In this document: positions 11,800 through 21,158 of the stretch, one piece after another
Layout of the letters: each line of letters begins with the position of its first letter
Numbering within the stretch: position 1 is the first letter of the stretch
From: a cyanobacterium endosymbiont of Epithemia turgida isolate EtSB Lake Yunoko
Lineage (GTDB): Bacteria > Cyanobacteriota > Cyanobacteriia > Cyanobacteriales > Microcystaceae
Direction of reading: 5' to 3'
Length of the DNA stretch: 32,000 nucleotides
Assembly: GCF_000829235.1 (NCBI RefSeq)
Contig: NZ_AP012549.1
Location: forward strand, 2,550,001 to 2,582,000
The notes under the pieces: model-generated
Seen by the model: only the letters and a program-made list of their open reading frames with translations
The model's database searches: none
What the model was told of the DNA's origin: nothing
Program-made: the position numbers and the translations under genes

Positions 11800-11864
11800 T
11801 AAAATTGAATAATTTTCTAGTATTTAAATAAAATTATTCAATTTTATTTAAATACTAGAAAATT
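11800..11864. repeat. Interleaved perfect inverted repeats upstream of hpnH (25-bp arms plus an overlapping 16-bp pair)
   Basis: 11811-11835 aattttctagtatttaaataaaatt pairs perfectly with 11840-11864 aattttatttaaatactagaaaatt across a 4-nt loop. In addition, 11800-11815 taaaattgaataattt is the exact reverse complement of 11831-11846. The two structures share nucleotides and are mutually exclusive. Confidence 0.85.
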
Positions 11865-12143
11865 AAGTGTCAATTAATTCCAATAAAATTGGATAATTTT
11901 TGCCAAATAAGTAAATACAAGTAACAATTAAGGAAAACAATTAAAATCACTTTTTCTTAATAAAAAAAACTAGGATTATGCTTAAGTTATTGTTTATTCG
12001 ATTACATTCAATTTGATTAATATTTGATTCGATTCTTTTAGTAAATTCTTACTTTAAATTTAAAATATTTAAAATAATTTAATAGGATTCATGTTAAACA
12101 ACATTAATATTTTTCGACATGAAATTGTTACTATATTTTTGGA

Positions 12144-12175
12144 TAAACTACTTGTATGTACTAAGTAATTATTAA
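12144..12175 (+). repeat. Dispersed repeat core, copy B (partner at 7073-7104)
   Basis: See copy A. Both copies have the same orientation and both lie in AT-rich non-coding DNA. Confidence 0.6.
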
Positions 12176-13332
12176 TAGTCATTGCTATACATATTTTATT
12201 TTTTTATAATACGTCAAATAACTTTATATTTGAGAATATTTTAAGAAAAATAACTACCTTTATTAATTTTCTTTTTTTAAAATCAGAACTAATTATAGTC
12301 TTAATTTTTATTTTTTTATATTACTAGCTCTTCTTTTAAAGTAATTTATAACTTTTGGAGGTTAGTTTGTTTTTTTTATGGAATTAAATAATTGTTAGAT
12401 ATCATAAGTTATTTAACATTTTAGGAGGCCTATTTGAGATATTTCATATCTCCTCTTTTCTTGATTTTTTTTTACTTCCTGAAAAATATGATAACTTTCC
12501 TATTTTTTTATAAATTAATTCATAAATTATCTTTCCAGTTATTCTTTATAAAAGCTTTGCCTGATTTACAATTTTTAGTTATATTTTCCATCCTCGTGTA
12601 TTTCAACAGGATATTTTTGCTTTTATTCTCTTCTTAGAATAAATTTGTACGTAAGTCAATATTGACGATTCCTACTCTTCCAAGTTTATTGGACTAATTC
12701 TTTAGCTAGACTATCATCTAATGTTCGCTATTTCTTAATTACTTTTTTATTCTATTTGACTAGTTGAAATAAACTAACATAATCAAATTATTTGTTTCAC
12801 TAAAAAAGTCAATAATCTTACTTAAGTTTCATATTACCATAGCTGTACTATAAATATTCAAGATTTTACTTATAAAATCAATATCTTACATAACTTTATT
12901 GTATAAATAAGTTTATGATTGGCTCTTAGCCAAAAACAGTTCACACTCTCACGAAACAAGTCGTCAAACATCTCGGATCAATTATTACCGCCTGAGTATT
13001 GGGTGGGGGTTAACGAAAATACTAAGTATGAAAGAATGAATAAAACTCAATATTTGACCCTCTGGTAATGATTTCGAGAGCTATCTACTATTTTTATACA
13101 CTTTTCATTTGATTCAGTTGTCTGTTCTTGAATTGATTTCTAGTGATTATCTTAATGTTCCTGAGTTTCGAAAACTGCAGTATGCTTAAACTTGTTCATA
13201 CTAAATATGACTCCTGTATAAAAAAATAGAGAACTTTTTATGATTTATAGTTTGATATATGAGATGATGAGCAAGGAAAACTAATCTTTAAGAATTACGA
13301 TAGATCCCTAATTCTAGGGTCTTGATACCTAC

Positions 13333-15111
13333 ATGCAACCGCGACCCCTATTTCGTCGAACTAAAATTGTTGCCACTGTCGGCCCAGCTACTCAAAACAA
13401 AGAGGTGCTACGACAGCTTATCTTAGCTGGTGCTACGACTTTTCGGCTTAATTTTTCCCACGGTGATCACGATTACCATCAACATACGATTCGCCTCATT
13501 CGTCAAACAGCCTTTGAACTTAATGAACCTGTGGGTATCCTACAGGATTTACAAGGTCCTAAAATTCGTCTTGGTAAATTTGACTGTGGATCTATCAATC
13601 TAAAAAATGGTGATCCCTTTATTCTCACTAGTCGTAAAGTTGAATGCACTTCAGAAGCTAGCTACGTTAGCTATGAACATTTAACCGATGAAGTCCCTGA
13701 TGGGGCGAAGATTCTCCTCGATGATGGCAAAGTAGAAATGCGAGTGGAGAAAATTGATCGCGCCAGTCAAAAATTACACTGTCGAGTAGTAGTTGGGGGT
13801 GTTCTCTCTAGTAATAAAGGAGTTAACTTTCCAGGGGTTTACCTATCGGTTAAAGCGTTAACTGCTAAAGATAAAACCGATTTGATGTTTGGACTCGACC
13901 AAGGAGTCGATTGGGTTGCTCTCAGTTTTGTCCGGAATCCTCAAGATATCTTAGAAATTAAGGAATTAATCGCTAATGCTGGAAAATCAGTTCCAGTAAT
14001 CGCCAAAATCGAGAAACATGAGGCGATCGAAGCAATGGAAGAAATTCTTACTCTCTGTAATGGGGTAATGGTTGCTAGGGGAGATTTAGGAGTGGAGTTA
14101 CCCGCCGAAGATGTACCAATTCTTCAAAAACGCCTAATTCTTACGGCTAATAAGTTGGGAATTCCGGTGATTACGGCCACCCAAATGTTGGATAGTATGG
14201 CCAATAATCCCCGTCCTACTCGCGCTGAAGTCTCAGATGTGGCTAATGCTATTCTCGATGGAACTGATGCCGTGATGCTTTCCAATGAAACAGCAGTAGG
14301 TAAATATCCCGTCGAAGCAGTAGCTACTATGGCCACTATTGCCGAACGTATGGAACAAGAACCTATCTTGATTAAATCTTCTTATAATCCCAAACAATCA
14401 ATAACTAATGCTATTTCTTCGGCAGTTAGTCAAATTGCCCAGGAATTAGATGCGGTGGCCATTATGACCTTGACAAAAACGGGATCAACAGCACGAAATG
14501 TTTCTAAATTCCGTCCTCCCAAACCAATTTTAGCTATCACTGCTCATGTAGATGTGGCTCGACAGTTACAGCTAGTTTGGGGGGTTAAATCTCTGTTAGT
14601 TCTCGATTTCCCCTCCCCCAGTCAAACATTCCAATCAGCTATTAATATTGCTCAGGAAAATCAGTTAGTCCAAGATGGAGATTTAGTGGTAATGACAGCT
14701 GGAACTCTTCAAGGGGTTTCTGGATCAACAGATTTAATTAAAATAGAAATGGTCAAGGCTATTTTAGGAAAGGGACTAGGAATTGGACAGGCTTCTGCTA
14801 GTGGACGGGCGAGAATTGCCCATAGTTCTCGTGAATTGGGAGATTTTAAGGCTGGAGATATTCTGGTAGTTCCTCGAACCAATGCCGACTTTGTGGAGAT
14901 GATGCGAAAAGCTTCAGGCATTATTACCGAAGAATCCAGTATTACCAGTCATGCAGCAGTTATTGGAATTCGCTTAGGAGTTCCTGTTATTGTTGCTATG
15001 AAAGATGCTACCAAAATTATTCGTGAAGGGTCAATCGTAACTTTAGATACTGAAAAAGGCTATGTTTATTCTGGAGCTGTAACTAGAGGCAATGGGAACG
15101 AATTATTTTAA
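13333..15111 (+). CDS. pyk: Pyruvate kinase with C-terminal PEP-utilizer (mobile His) domain
   Basis: 592-aa ORF with PK core motifs (TKIVATVGPAT, MVARGDLGVE, NETAVGKYP). About 110 extra C-terminal residues carry the PEP-utilizing-enzyme swivel motif (TSHAAVIGIRLGVPVIV). This long form is known in cyanobacteria. Confidence 0.93.
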   Translation: MQPRPLFRRTKIVATVGPATQNKEVLRQLILAGATTFRLNFSHGDHDYHQHTIRLIRQTAFELNEPVGILQDLQGPKIRLGKFDCGSINLKNGDPFILTSRKVECTSEASYVSYEHLTDEVPDGAKILLDDGKVEMRVEKIDRASQKLHCRVVVGGVLSSNKGVNFPGVYLSVKALTAKDKTDLMFGLDQGVDWVALSFVRNPQDILEIKELIANAGKSVPVIAKIEKHEAIEAMEEILTLCNGVMVARGDLGVELPAEDVPILQKRLILTANKLGIPVITATQMLDSMANNPRPTRAEVSDVANAILDGTDAVMLSNETAVGKYPVEAVATMATIAERMEQEPILIKSSYNPKQSITNAISSAVSQIAQELDAVAIMTLTKTGSTARNVSKFRPPKPILAITAHVDVARQLQLVWGVKSLLVLDFPSPSQTFQSAINIAQENQLVQDGDLVVMTAGTLQGVSGSTDLIKIEMVKAILGKGLGIGQASASGRARIAHSSRELGDFKAGDILVVPRTNADFVEMMRKASGIITEESSITSHAAVIGIRLGVPVIVAMKDATKIIREGSIVTLDTEKGYVYSGAVTRGNGNELF

Positions 15112-15212
15112 GTTGTTAATCGTTTTTGCTTGACCTTACTTAACTTATTCTATTAGTTAGAATCATAGTGTTCTCATTCCAAAGAGAGTTTAAGGTACAA
15201 TGAATGACTTAA

Positions 15213-15587
15213 ATGCTAGAAAAAATCATTTCCATTGATAACGAACTGTCAAAACGTTTTATTTCTCTTGATCCTGGGGGCTACTTTATTATTTATCTTG
15301 AGCGTGAGGATAAGTTGATTTGTGCTGAACATTTTACTAATGTTATTAATGAGCAAGGATTGGCTGCTGATCCTGAAACCGGTGAAATAATTGCTTGTGA
15401 AGGAGGAGTTGAACGTATTTTTAAGACAATGTATAGGGGAAGAACAGCTAAAGAATTGTGTGTCAAAATCTTTGAAGAAATTAAACCTTGTCCAGTCACT
15501 ATGTTAGACCATGCAGCTTATTTAGGGCGCGAATTTATTCGTGCTGAAATTGCCTTAATTAATAGGACAGAGTATATACAAGATTAA
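15213..15587 (+). CDS. Conserved small protein, probably DUF4346 family
   Basis: 124-aa ORF with motifs I associate with DUF4346 (LDPGGYFIIY near the N-terminus and LDHAAYLGREFIRAE near the C-terminus). The family assignment is from memory and is not verified. Confidence 0.6.
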   Translation: MLEKIISIDNELSKRFISLDPGGYFIIYLEREDKLICAEHFTNVINEQGLAADPETGEIIACEGGVERIFKTMYRGRTAKELCVKIFEEIKPCPVTMLDHAAYLGREFIRAEIALINRTEYIQD

Positions 15588-16658
15588 TATTCAATGACGA
15601 GATGCTAAAGTAAGGAACCTCACTATAGGATAAAAAAATTTAATTAAGTTACTAAATAGTGAAGTTTAATTTTTAGTTGATAATTTGAACCACCAACTAC
15701 AGCTGCTGTGGATGCATTATTCTAGGTTTTATGACAATATATCCACACTTATATTAGTGTTCGGTCTGTTTATTTTATTATTTTCTAATAGACCATATTC
15801 AAAAAGATATTGTTTTTTAATCTATGGATAAAATACCTACAACATTAGTCTGAGGCTTTGATTGTTTTAACTCAACAAGAGTTGTTGAAGTTTTAATGTT
15901 AATTTTTCGAGCTTAATTGAAGATAATTTTGTATTAAAATTAAATAATTTTTGGTTTGCACTAATTTTTTTATACTTAGGTTTTACGCAACACAAGTATA
16001 ACAAATGTTAAAAACATAGTTATTATTCTTGATATTTAAGTCAAAAACATAACAAAGTTAACAATCACTAAAAATAGTAACTACCAACAATTAAGACTCA
16101 GATTTTGTTTAAAAGTAGTGTGAAGTTAGATGAGATTACTTTTTTAATCTAAATTAAGAGGATACCATTTAAATTTATATATAAAGAACTGGTAGATAAA
16201 AAATAGTCAAGATACTCGGACTTGTAAATAGATATTTTATCTAAGATATATTTCCAGTTTAGTTGTTAACTATTTATATCAAAAAAGCTTGCAAAGTTGT
16301 ATATTATCAATTAATTATGTTGATTTTTGCTTGATTTTCTGTTAACTACGATAAATCAGTTAAAATTCTTGATAGAAGTGATCTAGATAACAGAAAACTT
16401 CGGTAGGATCGGGATGATATCTTATGTCCGTAGTACCAGACTGAGACAAATACTACCTCTGGCATGAGGCTGCCGTTTTCCTTTTCATCCATAATTTTGG
16501 GTCGAACTCGCGTTGAAGGCAATTTGTAGAAACTTAGCAATATCAGGAATCTCAAAGTTAAATTTCGCCTAATTGAAGAAATGTTAGTTGAGTATTAACT
16601 TAATCAAACTTCGATCTAAAAAAGTTTCTGAGCTCCGCTTTTTGAAATTTAAAGTATC

Positions 16659-16692
16659 AAAAAGCCCTGCTGTGATCAGCAGGGCTTTTTTT
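16659..16692 (-). terminator. Bidirectional rho-independent terminator downstream of the porin gene
   Basis: A GC-rich 9-bp stem, GCCCTGCTG / tgat / CAGCAGGGC, is flanked by A5 on the left and T7 on the right. It is therefore followed by a U-run on either strand. It starts about 21 nt after the porin stop codon. Confidence 0.75.
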
Positions 16693-16706
16693 AATTCACA
16701 CTATAT

Positions 16707-18704
16707 TTAGAAGGAAAAGGTACCTCGAAGGGTTCCAACGACCTCACCATCAGACCCTTGCATATTCACAAATTGCTCGGGCTTGGAGATCCAAATCACA
16801 CCAGGAGTCAAAGAAATGTTGTCTGTAACCTGATAGCGATAGAACACTTCAACTGTTATAGGGTTTTGCAGAGGTAATTCATGATACCCAGCAGTGGTGG
16901 GACGATCACTATCACCTTGATAAGGTTGAACCCCGGCAAACACACCTAATAAGTTACCTTCTTTGAACAAATCGGGGAAGGCGAAGCCACCGCCACCAGT
17001 CCAAAGTTCAGCACTCATACCACGACCAAGATAGCGAACGTTGTGGAATGAACCAAACGCACTGAAGTTAACCCAGTCATAAGGCCGCCAAGTTCCAGCA
17101 ACACCGTAACTGTTAGTGACTTTACCACCCCAGTCAAAAGGATTAACTTCCAATCCGTCTAGAGAGTTACGTCCACTTCCATTAAAGGAAGTCGTGCTAG
17201 TTCCTGGATCTCCTACGCTTCCACCAGCAAAAGCATTATTTAGAGTAGAACGAGAACCGTTAGCAATGGAAGTACCAACAATTCCAGGTCCTTTGTTAAT
17301 ACCTTCACCGAAGATGGGGCTATCGGGTTTGTGGTAAGCGTGAACATAGGTAAAACCAATGTTCACACTGTCAAAAATATTGGTATTGATCTGAGCTAAA
17401 GCACCGTAGTTACCATTGAACAGACCATTACCACCGTCACTTTCAGCGTAGGGTTTGCCGGTCGCAGGGTTAGTACTTTTGCCACTGTTACATTTATCGC
17501 CACCATCACCATTTACACAAGGACTGTTGGGGGTTCCTGCTAAATAACCGAAGCTGATAGATGTAGGACCGAGAACGTTATTCAACCAGTCAAGCTGAAC
17601 ACTCGCACCAGCACCAGCACCACCACCAATCCGGTAAATGGGGTTACGTTGAGAAAAGGTACTTAAAGAGCCTTTACCACCGTCAAAATCCTCGAAGAAG
17701 GGGTTTAAAGTGGGCACGAAATCATACCACTTACCACCCCAAGCAGATACGTAGGTGTCAACCTTAAAGTTATTGAAGATTTCGATTGGAGCGTAGTAAC
17801 CAACCCAGTCAATAACAACGTCATTGTCTTCTTCATTTCGCCGTGGCCCAATGTTAAAGGTTTGGGTGGCAGTAGGGTTGACAACAGTATTCTCCTCAAG
17901 AGAAATTCCGATAGGCTGACCTGTATCTGGGTTAATTACCCGTAGATCAGGCTGGTTCATAGTAAAACGATTACTTCCAGTCCCCGTACTAGCAGATAAA
18001 CGAGTTACTAAAAGGTCTTCTCCACTGAAACTGCTGTTGAAGCTTAAGCGAATCCTATCTTGTAGAACAGCTTGGTTATCTTCAGATGAACGGCTACCAC
18101 CTGCTGCAGTAACAGCAAAGATGACCTCCCCGACCAATTTTGTAGTAGTGGAAAATTGATGATCTTCTAAGAAAGCTACTCGTCCCTCTAAGTTATCGAC
18201 CCGCGCGCCTAAAGCAGCAAGTTCTGCTTCAAATTCTTGCATTAATCGCTTGAGTTTCTCAATATCTTCCCGTAGAACCGCGACGTTCTCTTGAATTAGA
18301 CGCTCCATGGTGTTTAGACAAGCGTTCAAACCCGCTGCAAATTCCCAACGAGAGGTAGCACGGTTACCTCGGAAAGTGCGGTCGGGATAACCAACAATAC
18401 AACCATAACGTTCAACTAAACTACGAAGAGCTTCATAAGCCCAGTCAGTAGGAGATACATCCCGCAGTTCGCTAACGCTGGTTACTTGTTGGTTAGTTTC
18501 CAGTCCATCTTCGTCGCTATAGGTTTCTAACTGTTCGATCAACTGAGATTGATCAAATTGAGCAACCTCAGAACCCGTCATCTCGTCCCGAGAAACTCCA
18601 GCCTGTGACTTGGTTTCGGCTGCCGTTGCAGCGGGTGAGACGGCTAAAGCCATTCCCAACAGGGCTGGACTAATTAACAATGATTTCCAAAATGGTCTAA
18701 GCAT
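16707..18704 (-). CDS. Outer-membrane porin with N-terminal SLH domain and OprB-like beta-barrel
   Basis: 665-aa ORF with a signal peptide (MLRPFWKSLLISPALLGMALAVSPAATA). It has an SLH motif (DVSPTDWAYEALRSLVERYGCIVGYPDRTFRGNRATSRWEFAAGL) and a coiled-coil linker. The C-terminal region is Gly/aromatic-rich and barrel-like, ending in ...GTLRGTFSF. This architecture is typical of cyanobacterial porins. Confidence 0.85.
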   Translation of the reverse strand: MLRPFWKSLLISPALLGMALAVSPAATAAETKSQAGVSRDEMTGSEVAQFDQSQLIEQLETYSDEDGLETNQQVTSVSELRDVSPTDWAYEALRSLVERYGCIVGYPDRTFRGNRATSRWEFAAGLNACLNTMERLIQENVAVLREDIEKLKRLMQEFEAELAALGARVDNLEGRVAFLEDHQFSTTTKLVGEVIFAVTAAGGSRSSEDNQAVLQDRIRLSFNSSFSGEDLLVTRLSASTGTGSNRFTMNQPDLRVINPDTGQPIGISLEENTVVNPTATQTFNIGPRRNEEDNDVVIDWVGYYAPIEIFNNFKVDTYVSAWGGKWYDFVPTLNPFFEDFDGGKGSLSTFSQRNPIYRIGGGAGAGASVQLDWLNNVLGPTSISFGYLAGTPNSPCVNGDGGDKCNSGKSTNPATGKPYAESDGGNGLFNGNYGALAQINTNIFDSVNIGFTYVHAYHKPDSPIFGEGINKGPGIVGTSIANGSRSTLNNAFAGGSVGDPGTSTTSFNGSGRNSLDGLEVNPFDWGGKVTNSYGVAGTWRPYDWVNFSAFGSFHNVRYLGRGMSAELWTGGGGFAFPDLFKEGNLLGVFAGVQPYQGDSDRPTTAGYHELPLQNPITVEVFYRYQVTDNISLTPGVIWISKPEQFVNMQGSDGEVVGTLRGTFSF

Positions 18705-18877
18705 TTTCAGCTTTTCCTCACACCTTATAGATGAACTACAAAAAGTTTTATAGTCTTACTTCTCATCTCATTATACACAGCTTTTTTAGATAACAATATA
18801 CATAAGTTTATCTTTTAGTTAAATAATTCTATTATTATTTTTTTTTATATTTAAAAATTTTAAATAATTAATGTTAA

Positions 18878-18929
18878 AACCCCAGCTAGCCTCGCTCTTT
18901 TGTGTGAAAGAGTTAAACTAACTGGGGTT
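18878..18929 (-). terminator. Terminator-like compound hairpin closing the structured island upstream of the porin gene
   Basis: On the minus strand, AACCCCAGTTAG...CTAGCTGGGGTT forms 12 bp with one G-U, which would be a C-A mismatch on the plus strand. It encloses an inner 6-bp hairpin (CTCTTT/cacaca/AAAGAG). Only about 4 U follow, so it is at best a weak intrinsic terminator. Confidence 0.35.
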
Positions 18930-19017
18930 ATTAGAATTATTTCAGAGAGGGGTCTTCTAATTGAGACCTAACTGCCGGAAGGAAACCTAGTAGTCAGTTA
19001 CATTACTGCAAAGATTC

Positions 19018-19089
19018 CTAGAGAACAGCTCCGGCGCACAGCTGGCTTAATTCAATTAGGAGACCCATACTTTTACTACTATCTGTCAT
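19018..19089 (-). CDS. Candidate 23-codon ORF with a near-perfect Shine-Dalgarno (leader peptide, small protein or gene relic)
   Basis: The minus strand reads AAGGAGGTGATgcccATG. The ORF translates to MTDSSKSMGLLIELSQLCAGAVL followed by TAG. The ORF overlaps one arm of a 13-bp long-range helix. I recognise no family, and the TAG could be a decay mutation in a formerly longer gene. Confidence 0.3.
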   Translation of the reverse strand: MTDSSKSMGLLIELSQLCAGAVL

Positions 19090-19193
19090 GGGCATCACCT
19101 CCTTTATTGCCTAAATGGTTTATCTCAAAACTTAACTGTATTTATAGTAGCTTACTTGATCTCAAAAAATCAAGACAGTGACCTAAAAATTTT

Positions 19194-20519
19194 CTAAAAA
19201 AATTAGAATATCCACCAAAATGAAGATGAATATAAAAAGCATGAATTTTATGTGTTTTTCCGCTTTTTTCATTAAAAATGAGTTATCTATCCATTTTCAT
19301 ACAAAAAATAGCGGATTATTAGATAGAAAAGTTAAGTGTGAGCGGTGAAATTTGGGGAGCTGTGGCTTGACGATAACCCAAAATCAAATTTTTTCTCATT
19401 ATGACCGTAGTTGGTAGTATTCCCACCATTGGCTATTCTTGAGCTTGAAAATTAATGATTTGCTGGCAAAGATACATTAACCCCCCACATTCAGCATAGG
19501 CAGGAATTTCACTAGTAATTGCGGATTTTGCAGCTTTTCGTCCCCGACAACTCCTTGAGAGATCTTGAGCAAACATTTTTGGAAACCCTTCCCCGAAATA
19601 GAGACCATGAATATCCTGGGGCAAATTTTTATCCTCTAAGGGGCTCCAGGGAATAAGCTGTGCGCCCAAGGTCTGTAAGATATCTAGATTGTCTTGATAG
19701 TAAAAATTGAAAGCGTGATCGCTAGCTACAGCAATTTTTATGGGTGAGGGAGTAAGAGAATCAAGAGATGAGGAGGTAAGTAATGGCAAGAGATACTGCC
19801 AATTTAAAGCGGTTTCGGACAGGTGGGCAAGTTGTCGAAACAAAGACTCCAGGTGAGTCAGTTCAGTGGTGGGGATTAAACCGAGATGTCGAGCAGGAAT
19901 TGTTAGAGAGTCTTGACGGCGTAGGGTTCCCAGAATAGGAATATTAAGAGTATCTAGAGAGAGACTGTTGGAGTAGGTCAAGGTGGAGATTGCTACTAGC
20001 CTTATTTAAAATGACTCCTACTAGATTAATATGAGGATCAAGAGAACTATAACCGTGAGCGATAGCGGCTACTGACCCCGATAAATAAGAACAATCACAA
20101 GAACCACAGGAATGTTTAAAAGTCGAGTAATATAAGCTGTACTTCCACCGTTTAGCGATCTTATTTCCTCAGATTTTTTTATCATTGCTCCCTTAAGCCT
20201 TGTGCCATCTGCTTTTTTACAGGGAATACCGTCAAATAACCCCATTGCCCCTTCGACTGAAGCATATTCAACCCCTTAGCAGTGTTTAGCAAAACATAAT
20301 TAAACATAAGCTTCGGAGGTTAGAATCTGGTCTAAATTACGACAGGGACGGCTAGTAATAGCACTATGAAACATAGAGTCAATATAATTCAGTCCCTACT
20401 TTAAACGATTGTACTCGGTGCTTTTCGAATGCTAAAAAAGCAAGTAATGTTAGGGTGTCCGTTGTTTTCCCTACGCCACTGCGATCGCCTGCAATCATTA
20501 ATGCTACTTCTTCATCTAC
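19194..20519 (-). pseudogene. cbiA: Cobyrinate a,c-diamide synthase (CobB/CbiA) pseudogene
   Basis: Hand translation recovers the whole protein in pieces. The pieces in order are ALMIAGDRSGVGKTT...FKVG, then a frameshift, then NYIDSMFHSAITSRPCRNLDQILTSEAYV* LCFAKHC* GVEYASVEGAMGLFDGIP...LLNIPVVLVI. A second frameshift leads to SGSVAAIAHGYSSLDPHINLVGVILN...HLDLLQQSL, and a third to LDTLNIPILGTLRRQD...IKIAVASDHAFNFYYQDNLD...YAECGGLMYL...QAQE*. The rest reads PMVGILPT..LILGYRQATAPQISPL..** ..* ..GKTHKIHAFYIHLHFGG. That gives at least 3 frameshifts and at least 5 in-frame stops. Confidence 0.88.
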
Positions 20520-20592
20520 CTAGAGTATTTTGTATTTTTATATCTTTCACACAACGGGTTTAACTATTTCGACAATCGTACGTACCATAATA

Positions 20593-20627
20593 TGGCAGAT
20601 TTAACATAAATTAGTAAAAATCTGCCA
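20593..20627 (+). terminator. Orphan terminator-like hairpin
   Basis: TGGCAGATTT / 15-nt loop / AAATCTGCCA forms a perfect 10-bp stem, followed by CATTTTATAAT on the plus strand. No plus-strand gene lies upstream of it. Confidence 0.3.
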
Positions 20628-21158
20628 CATTTTATAATGTTAACTTTATTTCTTCCATTGAAATACCACTTCTAAGAACTTGCTCTAGTCAACCGTCTCA
20701 AATGCTGTTTTGTAACATCGACCGATCTTGTCTTCTTTTACTCTAAAAATGGAATATTTAAGTATAAAGAAGACAAAGATGTTTGAACTTGCAAAGAATT
20801 AGCTTATTAGATATTTCCTAGGCACAGTTCAACAATAATGATAAATATTTCTAGGGATAACCGACTTTATTTATTGGATCTCGTTCCTCATTTATTAATT
20901 AGTAAATGTTAATCATTTAGGTTGCGAAGATTCCCTTTTAAACCGATGGATTCTCTAGAGTTCTTTCAGGATTTAAGGTAGTTAGAAGTTGTATATTGAC
21001 AGAATACATAAAATGTGTAATGTACGGAATGAATAAAGCAGCTGCTGCATATCATCGAACTAACTCAAAGTTGCTTAGTTAATGAATAACCAAACTTGTT
21101 AAAAAAGTAAGAGGACTAAATTCTAGTTTAAATGCTCTAGAATAAAATTACAATTAAC

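Noticed and set aside
16495-16525. tRNA-like T-loop (GGGTCGAACTCGCG, or GAGTTCGACCC on the reverse strand).
   Set aside because: The flanks do not form a T-stem, acceptor stem or anticodon arm on either strand.
18950-19105. Possible known structured RNA (SRP/4.5S RNA, cobalamin riboswitch, glutamine riboswitch) or a 16S rRNA 3'-end fragment. The cues were CCGGAAGGAA, GAGACCUAACUGCCGG (B12-box-like) and GCATCACCTCCTTT.
   Set aside because: CCGGAAGGAA matches the SRP helix-8 tetraloop region, but the flanking conserved AGCAGCC/CAGG nucleotides are absent. The B12-box-like string has a 3-nt insertion, sits at the wrong end, and lacks the other cobalamin-riboswitch blocks. The anti-SD-like string is 120 nt from CCGGAAGG with no other rRNA sequence, so I read it as an SD on the opposite strand. 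An Rfam scan is still needed.
20481-20488. The HIP1 palindrome GCGATCGC, considered as a lineage marker.
   Set aside because: I found only one exact copy in the window, inside the cbiA pseudogene. That is too few to say anything about HIP1 abundance.
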